A DNA stretch of 64,000 bases, from assembly GCA_047967505.1 (NCBI GenBank), contig CM106538.1. One strand, given 5' to 3'. How positions within the stretch are numbered: the first letter of the stretch is position 1; each line of letters starts with the position of its first letter. Made by a program: the position numbers and the translations under genes. Shown here piece by piece: positions 12,216-23,639 of the stretch. The notes under the pieces were generated by a model that did no database searches, had not been told where the DNA came from, and saw only the letters and a list, made by a program, of their open reading frames with translations. Source of the DNA: Dipteris shenzhenensis. Taxonomy: Eukaryota.

Positions 12216-13906
12216 GCATGTGGCGTCATCAGAAACACAGGAAATAGGTTCCTATCCTAGGAAATGACCAAGTATATTTTCCTTCTCCAGGAGGGACAAA
12301 TGGAAGAGGAGGCCTTGACCTGAAGCCTTGATCCTACTCCTGGCCTTTCTGATCCTCTTATTTCTATAGATGAGCCCAACATCTACAATGAAGAGCCCAT
12401 AGATGAAGAAGCTGAGGAGCGAGAAGTTTCATTGGCCCTAGAAGTGCTCCAGTGACCTCCTAAACCCCATTCTACTTCTCAAATTCCATCCACCTCGAGC
12501 ACCACCTATGTTGAGCCTGCAACAGTGATATGCTTTCTTGCTGCCCTTCTTATCGATGGAGAACAATACCTCTTTCTCCATGACATGGAGGTTATGTTTG
12601 GTCTCCAGGAGGATGAAGCTCTTGGTGGCTTGTGTGGATATGACTATGCAAGAAGCTAGGTTTTTGGGAGCAGATGATTCAATAGAAGAGGTTCTTGCTT
12701 TAACATTGGCCAAAATCAAAGATGCCTCTGACATCAATCTACTTCGACCTACTTGATGTTCTAGAAGAAGCCTCCCCATCTCACTCCAGATAGTAGGAGG
12801 CCTCTGGATCCATCCTCATTGACAAAGAGGAAGGGATCGAGCATGATGACTCCATAGTGGTAAGAAACTATGAGCTTTGAATTTCTTCTCTCTTGGTATA
12901 ATTTTGCTTTAAGGAATTCTAATGTAATGTTGGACTATTGCAGGAGGCATTTGAGGTCGACCTATTCTCATCTCCGCAACGCCTTGTTCATAGTAGCTTC
13001 GATTGAGATCACTCATTGGCACATTACCTTGGCAAAGAAAAAGGGTGCTTTGTGGTTATCCACAAAAAGTTTTCTCCACATAGCACTGATGACCTCCTGA
13101 AGTGCAAGGCCTTGTTATGAGTGATTGGTCATGCTGACATCAATCGCAATGCTAACAAGGTCATTTTGATGAACCGCATGGCTGCCCTCAATGCTTTTGG
13201 AACCAATTTTCAAGGTATGGCATTGACGGCAAGCCATGTCCCTGGCCAAGATGACAATAGTCTTGACTCTCTATCGACTAGGTTTAGAGCTAGGACTGTA
13301 TTTGGGAATTCAAAGCCCGATGTTCTTAGTGCTTTAGAGAAGAGAGAAAGGCTCTGAAGCCTTATTGTATAGAACTTTTATTTTATATGAATAGAGATAT
13401 ACTTTTTATACAGTGCCCCATTTTGTGTTCTTTTACAAAATTTATTTTATACTGTCATTGTATTTTGTAACTTTAATTGTTATTGGCATTACTATTTTCA
13501 TTCACTATTCTGTTCAAAAGCAAGCTATCAGATAAATTTTTGTGCTATAATGGTCATTTTTTAGCAATCCAGTAAGAATCTCACATGGCACAGAAGGAAA
13601 ATGCGTTTGGCATCGTGCGGGGAGCTCAGAATTGGTCAAACAAGCCTCATACATGCCATAGTGTGTTTTGACATTTTTGAGCTTCCCACACAATGCCGAA
13701 CACATTTGCCTTTTGCGCCATGGCAAAAAACACATCATTTGACCACTTAAATTCACACAACTTGCATAACTGATGGAAAGCATCATGTAACATGTATAAT
13801 AACATGGAAACAGTAATAGAACATAAAAATATCTTTTATTCATTGGCCTCAAAGGGCAGAGATTTACAAAATGATTGAAATTACACCAAATGAACCTAAA
13901 CAACAT

Positions 13907-14988
13907 CTAGGGCCTAAGGGAGGGATCGGAGTGGTTGCGCTTGGCGAGTGCAAGGTCCTTATCCATCACTGTTACTCTTTTGGCATGGATAGCACATAAG
14001 TTCGCATCTTCAAAAAGACCTACTGTCATTTGCTTCGTTGCCTCTTGAATTGCTCCCATAGCACCTGAAGTGAAATGCACATCATCCTTGTAATGCTATG
14101 CTATTTCACATACAACAAGCTGGAAGGGTGCACGGGGAATGAGATTGTCCACAGTGGTTTGGAACTTGCGGATCTCCTGAAGTGACTTCACCCCTGATTT
14201 TTTGCACCTCTTAATCTTTGGGGGACCTTGCACTGGCCTCTGGACATGGCCCCATGGCTGCTTGTCCGCTTTGAACTTCTTTCGCCTCTCCTCCCTTGCA
14301 ACCTCCTCTATAGACTCCTCTTCCTATGTCTGGTGGGTCCTTCGAGGTGGCTTGTCATGCCTAGGAGCCTTCTTTGTCCTTGGTCCCTTTTCCTTTTGGT
14401 GAGGCTATGAGACAGCAAGCTGAGGCTCTCGCTCAGCTCGTACTAGAGGCTCCTCATGCTCTTTCGTGCGATCTGCTTGGTTGGAGGATTGAGGCCAAGG
14501 TCTGTTATATCTCCGAGCCTGCCAAATACTTCCTCTTGTTGTGGCTCCTCTAATCTCTCCATCTACTCTCTTTTCCTTTCTTGCTCCCCTTGTTAGTCTA
14601 GATGCTCCATGCCAGGACCCCACGGAGCAGGGAGGGGCAGTTGATCACGATTAATTGGACTATTCTATCCCTCTTGGGAGACCTCTGTACTTCCACGGTT
14701 AGTTGTGTGGAAGGACCAAGAGGACCCCTGATCATGCTTGGATCTTTCATTGTGCTAGGATTCCTCATGGTGCTGAGATCCCTAGTATCCCCCATGAGAG
14801 TCCGATGGTGGAGACTCATGTTGCTAGGACTCCTAATGATGAGAACCGCCTTCAAATCCCTGCTGATCATTGCCCTCTTGGCCACTGGGGCTTGTAGTGT
14901 GTTCGGAGGCCATGGAGTTGTGAGGAGGAGAGCGGGTTGCATCTAAACGACGTCCAGTGGGTCTAGCAGTTTGTTTAACCCGTGCCAT
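13907..14988 (-). pseudogene. Divergent histone H3-like gene with a very long N-terminal tail (about 360 codons; stops and one frameshift)
   Basis: Manual translation: start MARVKQTARPTGRR; C-terminus [88 protein letters not shown], collinear without gaps with the H3 histone fold. Confidence 0.93.
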
Positions 14989-15002
14989 AGAAATGAGGGA
15001 TT

Positions 15003-15053
15003 TTAGGGTTTTGAAGTGCTTTATATAGTCTTTTTTAAGGCACTTTAGGGTTT
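15003..15053 (-). promoter_or_regulatory. Putative core promoter of the H3-like gene: TATA box flanked by two telo-boxes
   Basis: On the minus strand, CTATATAAAG about 35 bp upstream of the ATG, and AAACCCTAA at about 15003-15011 and 15045-15053. Confidence 0.45.
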
Positions 15054-15269
15054 TTCTTTTAAATTAGGTTTTTTTGAGTGCACCCCATCCCACTTCGATC
15101 TTTTGTTAGCTAGTTCGGTAATACTTAATCTTCACCACCCTCCCTTCTAACCCACTCACCCCTCCACCCTGCCATGTCGCACATGTAATTCTATAATTTC
15201 CAAACAAATTTGTGAATTTTGGAATCTATAATTGACTCAAAATAGTGTTAACTTTATTCATCAAACATT

Positions 15270-18157
15270 TTACATTTGGGGTTCTCTTAGGACCCAACGC
15301 CTCCCTTGTCTAACTCTATGTTGCAACAACCAAAGTGCAACCCCTTGGCTCCCTGTTGAGGACTTCCAAGTAGCACATCTCCTTGTCTTCTTGACATGTT
15401 GAACCACTTTTGCAATACTTGAGAACTCTACCTTATCGCGCTTGAGAGTCCTGGCCTCTAGACATCTATAAAACCAGTCGAACATTTCGTGTAGTGCATT
15501 GCTTCATGCGATACCACCCCCATGCCTTGTATTATTGAAGTATGATGCCTTTGCTCTGTAGTGTGATTTCTCCATTCCTTGAGTATTCCAAATGGACAGA
15601 GGGCCCCATTGCTCCACAAACCATGATGCATGTGCGTAAAGAATATGCTATAAAGAAAAACATCATATAAGAAACATAAACTGACTCAAGTTTAAACCAC
15701 AAAATTTCAACCTAAGGAGGATTACCATGTAATGTGTAATATGTGACTCCCCCCATGCTTCTACCATCAATGATATGAATTCTCCCAATGCTGTCCTGAA
15801 TCTCTCATAATAAAGCTCATCTATTTGACCTTGTCTAAGCAACTTTATAAATGCATCAAGCTTTGTTCACAATTTTTCTCTCAAAGTAGCAATTTGCGGA
15901 TGTGAAGCTTGATTTGTAGTGCACTCACACAAAGCTTGCTAGTACTCCCAACCCAGGTTGCTTTGAGCCAATGTATGTTTTTCTTTATCAACATTGTGGT
16001 TGGACAAGAACCTCCTTGCCTTTCCTCCACCCATGGACACTTTAGTAGGAAGATTTTATGTCTTTCCTGATTGTTTCTTGTCCTGCTTAAGCTTCACATT
16101 GCCTTCGTGAAGTCCCATTAGTGAGATTAGTTCTTCAGCTTTTGCAATGCATTGTGTAGATACTTGCAGTGGCCTCAAATTCCAAGCATAAACTAGATGG
16201 ATATAGAGTAACTTATCAAGTATGCACAGTTTAGCATGCAAAGTACACAGCGTACCCGATCCAATGGAATTGGTAGAATGGGGTCCCACTTAGGATCCTT
16301 TTTGTGATGATTAGGGGCTGCACTTTGGTTGCAAGAAAGGATGCCATATTCCCACTGTAGGCTTCCCTTTTGCATCTTCTGAGAGTGGGTGCAATACAAG
16401 CATGTCCATTTTGCATCTGCACCTGTATCACAACCATACAAGCACTTGAGGGTCTTCAAATCACCAGCTAGATGCCATTCAACTTGAAACATTCCATGCC
16501 CATCCACTTTTAATGTTTGCCTTATCTCTTGTCTTCAAATAATCGACGGGATGTCGGTTCTCTCCAAAACCCACTTCAATGTCTCATGGCACTCCTTTTG
16601 GGGTCTCAAAGGCTGCAAGCCACCATAAGTCCTTCTCAGATTGCACTAAGAAAACCTATTCAACTTCCTCATCCCCTTGAGCAAAACGCAAGGCATCATT
16701 CATAATACAAATGCTCACCCTCTCTAGCTTGTGCTCTTTTACCAACTGAGCTTCATCCATTTTTATAACAAATACTAGCTTGCCATCTGTACAATGAAAG
16801 AGAAATACAGTAAGGATATAGAAATGATAAGAAATAAAGTTGAATGCGAAGAGGCAATTTCTCTTACCTTCTTTTCTCATCCCATAGAATTTGACCATGG
16901 CTCTCTGCAAATTCTCTACATCCACGTAAACATTATTGAAAGCATTCATCTCAAACGTTTGGACGCCAGATTTCTTTTTACTCTTCCAAGTCATTGTGCT
17001 ACTTACACAATGGTATCCTCCAAGCTTTTCTCTAGCACATTGATTTGTTTCTTGACATGCAAGCATTACAGACCACGGTGTTGGCAATGACATTTTAGAT
17101 ATCTTATACTTTTCATCCATAGCAGACTTGAAAATCTTAAAAATAGAGTTGTAAGCTTCACGACTTACACCAGCGGAATCACAAGCTCCAAACACCTCCT
17201 TTGCTTGCACAAGGCTCTTGAAGTCCTTCATTACCTCTCCAGCAACTTGTTCACATAGCCCTTTTTATCAAGGGTCCTTCAACACTTCAATGACATCACG
17301 TGGCTTTACTAAACTTCTTAGACATATAAAGGATCACTATCATCCATTTCCATTGTTGCCATCACATCCTCCATGAAATTCCTAAAGTAGAGTACAAATG
17401 AGTCTTAGTGGAAACAATGCAACACCATGAATATTTTGGAGTAAGAAATTTCATTGAAAATTTGGGGAACTAACCTTGCAGCCCGTATTCTCCTCTTTTG
17501 GGCACCACTATTAGTTGATAATGCATCCATAGATTGCAATTGTCTTTTCCTCTCCTTTAGTCCCAAAGGTGTTCCCTTCAACTTTTGTACTCATTCTATT
17601 GACTTCTCTCATTCCTTCTCCACAACACATTGAACTTGGCCATAAATAAACCTTTCCAAATCCTGTTTGCTTTTAGTAAGCTTCTAGATTGATTCTTCGA
17701 ATTCTTGTTGCTCCAATTCCATTGCATGTGCTTTGTCACTGAGTTCTTTGTTTTACAATTGGAGATCTTGCATACTATTATGCATTGCCACAATAGTGAT
17801 ATTTCCCAAATGTGCAAGTTCTTCTGCTTGGGCTCTTTGCACCTCACTTGCTTGCATAGCCAATGTTTGAGAATGGTTCAATTGATTGCAATAACTGAGC
17901 AATCCAACATGTCCCTTGCCAACAAACCGAACAACATCATGCATTGTATGAAAAGGAGGACTCTTTGGGGTGGCAGGGTCTAAAGAATACAAGTTTCCAT
18001 CCACCCCAAGGTCAAGATGCTTCTTCCCTTGCAATCGAAGATTGTGGAGCACACTTTGAGGAGTTCCACTATATCCCAAAGAGTGTGTGCTTGCATATTC
18101 TGCCTCTAGTTGTAGGTTCACATGGTACTTGTTGGATATGTCCTTGAATGGTGCCAT
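15270..18157 (-). pseudogene. RAG1-core/Transib(Chapaev)-like DDE transposase, 4 exons, decayed
   Basis: Ordered motifs AQKRRIR; VSREAYNSIFK; VIKMD; VQSEKDLWWL..ECHETL; AGDLK..G..CLYC; TLHAKLCI; ITHYM/HILYAH..GPLSIWNTQGMEKSH. GT-AG introns at 17382-17474, 16787-16867 and 15648-15725. Confidence 0.88.
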
Positions 18158-18229
18158 GAGTTCTCAAAGAGAGGTATCAATGATGTAGGCTCAAATGTAG
18201 GGGAGAGCTAGCAAAGATGGAGCAATGAG

Positions 18230-18700
18230 AGTAGCAAGGAAGAGGGAGGAGGAGAAGAAAATGAGGGTAAGAGGAAGAGGAGGAGGAGAGTAGGGCAATA
18301 GATGTAGAAGGGAGGGAAGGAGCTACTGCAAAAGGGAGGAGGAGGGGAGAGATGCTACAGGAGGGAGAAGGAGGGGTGAGATTCTACAAGAAGGAGGGGA
18401 GAGATTCTACAAGAAGGAGGAGCAAAGGAGAGGGTGCCTGGGCGACTGGAGGAGGGAAGAGGAAGGAGGGCGGAGGATCCAGGAGGAGGAGGAGGGGAGA
18501 GGGAGGAGGAGGAGCAAGACGGAGGAGCAAAGAGGAGGAGGGAGGGGGAGGGAGGGAGATGGAGAGGGAGGAGGAGGGAGGGACGGAGGGACGGAGGGAT
18601 GGAGGGAGGAGGGAGGGAGGAGGGGGAGGTAGAGAGAGGGAGGGAGGGAGAGAGAGAGAGAGAGGGAGGGAGGGAGAGAGAGAGAGGGAGGGAGGCAGGG
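18230..18700. repeat. Polypurine (GA/GGA/GGGA) low-complexity tract upstream of the RAG1-like gene
   Basis: Strongly G/A-biased sequence on the plus strand; overlapping ORFs are low-complexity artefacts. Confidence 0.85.
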
Positions 18701-19851
18701 AGATTCGAAATTTGAAATTCAAATTTTAAAAAGTGGCCCCCTCCCCTCATTGATGGGGGAAGAGGTGGCTCAAATGTGGGCTTAACCCACCTAGGTTGGG
18801 CTGGTTAGGCCTCTTTGGGACCCTCCAAGCCCCTTGCATTAGCCCACTAAGCATTCCCTAATCCATTCCTTTTGAGACTCCAATTCTCCCCTAATGTTTG
18901 TCTTCTTACAAGTCATCCCTTTGCAAGGGTCACTCTCAGTAGCTTTGCAATAATAGCATTCAAGCCTCCATCCTTGCTGAATAAGAAGCTCTCCATAAAA
19001 CACTTTCAGGGAGCCTATAGCTTTGACCGATCAGCCAATGGATGGAGAGGCATGCTAATACAATATATTAAAATGTATGGACTTAACTCCAAAATACTTA
19101 GCTTAGGGATAAACATTTCTATTTGCATAATCTACGGATTAGTTCTACAATGGACTTCTCAATCAATTACACAGTTTGTAAACCTTTCTTTAATAGGCCT
19201 TCATGGATAGTGCAATACATTAATCATTTTTAGACCTCTTCTTCTCTTGCATAGATTGTTCTTTCTTTAGCTTCTTGCTCGCTCTTTCTCGTTCTAGCCT
19301 GTTGGCTTCTTTAGTCGCGACTTTCCTTCATGGTATTAGATATGCTAGTTCTCTCAATCAACTACAACTTCCTGGTAGACCTATCTCCTCCTCTTCATTA
19401 GTTTTTTCCCATCACCTTCATTTCTATGGCTTCTTCATCGACCTCCTGCATATAGAAAAGTAACGCAAACATTTATTCAAATTGTAAAAATATGAACAGA
19501 CGTCCAAGAGACATGCTGTTACATTTAGGAACTATGTATACCTCTTGAATCTCAATAAGATGTATCTAAGTTCTCTCTCTCTCTCCTAGAGTGTGTAATC
19601 ATTGTATCTAGGATCTAGATTTCTACATGGTATCATGCTTCTAATGGAGCCCAAACCACTCCAAGCACCCTAGACTTGAAGCGCATTGACGATTGACACT
19701 GATCCGGGCAGCAATCATCATGGCAAATGAACATTGTGAACCTACAAAGTGGACAAATTGTCTAATACAAACTTCCAACCATGAAAAATGACAATGGAGT
19801 TACTCTTGCGGAAACAAGAACTCCTCCCAATAGTCGAAGGCACCACACCGA

Positions 19852-20160
19852 CTCGCATGGATGTTTTTATCGAAGCTATACCTATATATTAATATAAAAT
19901 CTTGGTGAAAGTTTGTCGAGCTCTTTCTTTTAGTTTCAAAAAATTGATAGAATTGAGTACATTTTTATTTATTTTCTTATGAAATTTAAAGTAAGAGATG
20001 TAAATCTTGGCAAAAGTTTATATTTTTTCACATAAAAGTCTCAAATGCTAGCGAATATTTCAAACATTTATTTTTCTTAGGGCATTCAAAATTTTGACAC
20101 CAATATAAAAGTTTCGCTTCTTAACGAAACTAATACAAAAAAATCATCCATAATAGTGAG
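19852..20160. mobile_element. AT-rich MITE-like insertion in Copia C gag
   Basis: About 309 bp; imperfect inverted ends ctcgcatggatgttttt / aaaaaatcatccataatagtgag. Removing it restores the gag frame. No clear TSD. Confidence 0.65.
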
Positions 20161-20322
20161 ATGCCCGATCCCATCGATCTCGCAAATGCACAGGCACTGG
20201 CCGAGTGGAAGGAGAAAGACCTTAAGGGTGGTAGCAAGCTAAGGGTGTCCACTTCCAAACCACTTTCAAGTGAGTGTGACACCTGCTCGAGTGAAAATAC
20301 AAAGGTTTTGCTTCGGTCTGCA

Positions 20323-20904
20323 ATACCTCGATCGAGGTATTATGTCCAATGAAAATCACACACAAGGACAACTGAGCCAAGCCGATACCTCGATCGAGGT
20401 GCTGGGCTTTTTTCATCGAACCGAGCCTATACCTCGATCGAGGTCTGCTGGCATGCCACCTATACATGCCACCTATACCTCGTTCGAGGTATCGTGGCAA
20501 TCCAGCTATACCTCGATCGAGGTATTGTGGCATGTCCAACTATACCTCGATCAAGGTATGTGCCATCCGACAGGGTAGTTGACATACCTCGACCGAGATA
20601 TACTGGATCGATGACTTGGCCGCATGTCGAATACGTCAATCGAGACATGTGGCATCCGGCTGCTGCTGACATACCTCGATCGAGGTATCGTGGCAGGTCA
20701 ATACCTCGATCGAGGTACATGTACCGATGTGTATGGGCATGTCAAAATACCTCGATCGAGGTATCGTGGCATGTCTATACCTCGATCGAGGTATGATGGA
20801 GCGATATGTATGTTGCATGTGAAATACCTCGATCGAGGTAGGGGAACCCTAAATTTTCTTATAAAAGGAGAGTGACCCCCCTCATTCTTCATACCTCGAT
20901 CGAG
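20323..20904. repeat. Subterminal array of about 14 copies of the 18-bp palindrome ATACCTCGATCGAGGTAT with variable spacers
   Basis: Copies at 20323, 20385, 20429, 20475, 20508, 20542, 20584, 20631 (degenerate), 20671, 20701, 20747, 20777, 20824 and 20891 (partial). Confidence 0.95.
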
Positions 20905-21059
20905 CTCCTCCTCATAGACTGATTTCGGATTTGCGGGAGGTCGACGGAATTGCGACAGCGACGGAGAGTGATCGACGGACAACGACTGAGATGGACGGAG
21001 CGGGAGAGTCCAGGTAAGGTTTTTTTTATGTAGCTTTTTTTTTTGCTAAAATTTATTTA

Positions 21060-22220
21060 AATTTTAGTTTATAGGAATAATTATAAAATATTTCTAAATT
21101 TCAAATGCATTTTAAAGTTTTTTTTTTGAATTACGACATTTTTATTTAAAATGTGAAAATGTAAATATTTTATTTTTTAAAATCATCTTTTAAAAAAAAG
21201 AGATTAAAGTTATTTTTTAAATTAGAGCTATTTTTATTTAAATAAAAAACGTTTAAATTTTAATTTATAGGAATAATTATAAAATATTTCTCAATTTGAA
21301 ATGCATTTTAAAGTTTTTTTAAATTATTTTTGGAATTACGTAATTTTTTATTTAAAATGTGAAAATGTAAATATTTTGTTTTTTAAAATCATCTTTAAAA
21401 AAAGAGATTAAACTTATTTTTTAAATTAGTGCTATTTTTATTTAAATTAAAAAACGTTTAAATTTTAGTTTATAGGAATAATTATAAAATATTTCTAAAT
21501 TTAAAATGCATTTTAAAGTTTTTTAAAATTATTTTTTGAATTACGTAATTTTTTATTTAAAAAGTGAAAATGTATATATTTTGTTTTTTAAATCATCTTT
21601 TAAAAAAAAGAGATTAAAGATATTTTTTAAATTAGTGATATTGTTATTTAAATAAAAAAATGTTTAAAATTTATTTTTAAAAATGATCTTTTTAAAAAAA
21701 AAGAAAATAAGAGTTTAAGGTAGCTTTTATGTTATGTAAGTTATTTAAGTTAGTGAAGTTTTTATTTAAATGTCAAAAAGTATATAATTTGTTTTTTAAA
21801 ATCATCTATTAAAAAAAATTTATAACTGAAGTTTATAAATTACTGAAGTTTTGAATTAAATATAACGTTTAAATTTTATTTTTAGAAATCATGTATTAAG
21901 AAAAAGAAAATAAGAATTTAAAGTAGCTTTTATATTATTTTAGTTTATAGGAATATGTAATCTAATTATAAAATATTTCAAAATTTCAAATGCATTTTAA
22001 AGTTTTTTTAAATATTTTTTTTAATTACGTAATTTTTTATTTAAAATGTGAAAATGTATATATTTTGTTTTCTAAATTCATCTATTTAAAAAAAGAGAGA
22101 TTAAAGTAGGTTTTATGTTATTTTTGAAATTGGTGCTATTTTTATTTAAATAAAAAAACATTTAAATTTTAGTCTTCAAAATCATCTTTTAAAAAAAAGA
22201 AAATAAGAGTTTAAGGTAGC
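21060..22220. repeat. Extremely AT-rich tandem repeat of about 200 bp (3 clear units plus degenerate copies)
   Basis: tttataggaataattataaaatatttc recurs near 21068, 21265 and 21470, with a variant near 21945. Confidence 0.85.
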
Positions 22221-23106
22221 GGTGTGCGTTTATTAATCTTTATGTGGAATATTATAGATTATATAGTTGGTTAAGAGTTGTTTCATAATTTAGGTAGAGT
22301 AAGTAGGCTGTATAAAACACCACATGGGCATTATCCCTAAAACACCACACCACATGGGCAAAGACCCCAACACTAGAGTGGTTAGATGCATAAGCGTATG
22401 GCTAATTGGATCTTCTAAATGCATCAGCGCATGGAAAACACATATGTAAATGATTGTCCAAAGGTCTCCTCTCTCCCCAGGCATGGGAACCAAGTGATGA
22501 TCTATAGGAATGGCCACTAGTTGAGGTGGATTGCCCAACCAAAATAGATAATATTGAAAAGGCCTAATTATTTTCTCAAAGTTCTCACTTTAAAAGGTCT
22601 GTAGTGTCAACCCGCTCTCTTTTTTAATGTGTAGTCCGAGAAATACTAGATGCGCCTTGCTTGTGTATCGTTCAAAGTAATGTATTAGATATCCTTCTAT
22701 CTCCTCCATATCTATTGCAAACCCAAGGCAGTAAAGCATTCAAAGAAGGTCTTATTAATTAAACCTCTCCACTATCTGTCCTTAGTATAGGGGCCATAAG
22801 TGGACAATGTGGTCCTTACACCACATGTGGAAAAGTTTCCAAAGAGCGAGAAAGGCATTTAAAAAAATACAATTCTCCTTATTTTGGAAAATAAGTTAAA
22901 TCAAGTATAATAATACTTGCCCCAACCATGTGTATTATCTTGGGGAATAAAATATAGAGATTCTCCTCAATACCATCTCTTAAACCTATAGTCTTGTCAG
23001 AATGTGTATAGTTAACAAACACAGATCATAATGAGTCTTCTTACTAGGGTCCTCAAAGTACTGATAAATGCAAAGAAATACAAGGGTTACCAAGAGTGTG
23101 TTGCAT

Positions 23107-23220
<114 letters not shown>

Positions 23221-23639
23221 TTCCACACACAAAAAAAGTGTGTGTGTGCTTAGATTAAAAAGTCCCATCAATAATTGAGCCATACAGTTAATTCCATCGA
23301 TAAAATAAAAAGTAAAAAAAGGGAAACATATAAGGAAAAAATATTTGAGACATCTAAGTTTAAAAATGCAACAACTAGAGTTTGAAAAAATTTTAATCAA
23401 AATTAAGAATTTTTAATAATATTAAGTTTGATAAACATAATATTGAGCCACACATTTGGCCCATCTACCGGTAGGTGCATAGGATGATCCCAACGACATC
23501 CTACCTCATCAAGAAGTACATACAAATAGTTTTCATTATGTAAATAGATTATAAGTCATATTGAATAGAATATTATTTTCATTACCCAAATAGAATATTA
23601 ATTTCCATGTGTTTTTTTTGTGCATGCGCTAGCCAGCGC

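Noticed and set aside
12216-13400. Possible spliced gene remnant
   Set aside because: Coding-like but broken; I could not recognise a family or tie it to the RAG1-like element.
13907-14988. Functional host CENH3 gene
   Set aside because: No evident introns, multiple stops, canonical loop-1 length, and Q68 and F84 retained; only the long tail and T107>A are CENH3-like.
20323-20904. True CRISPR array
   Set aside because: Eukaryotic context, no cas genes, irregular spacer lengths, and several spacers related to each other (cgtggca..); better explained as transposon subterminal repeats.
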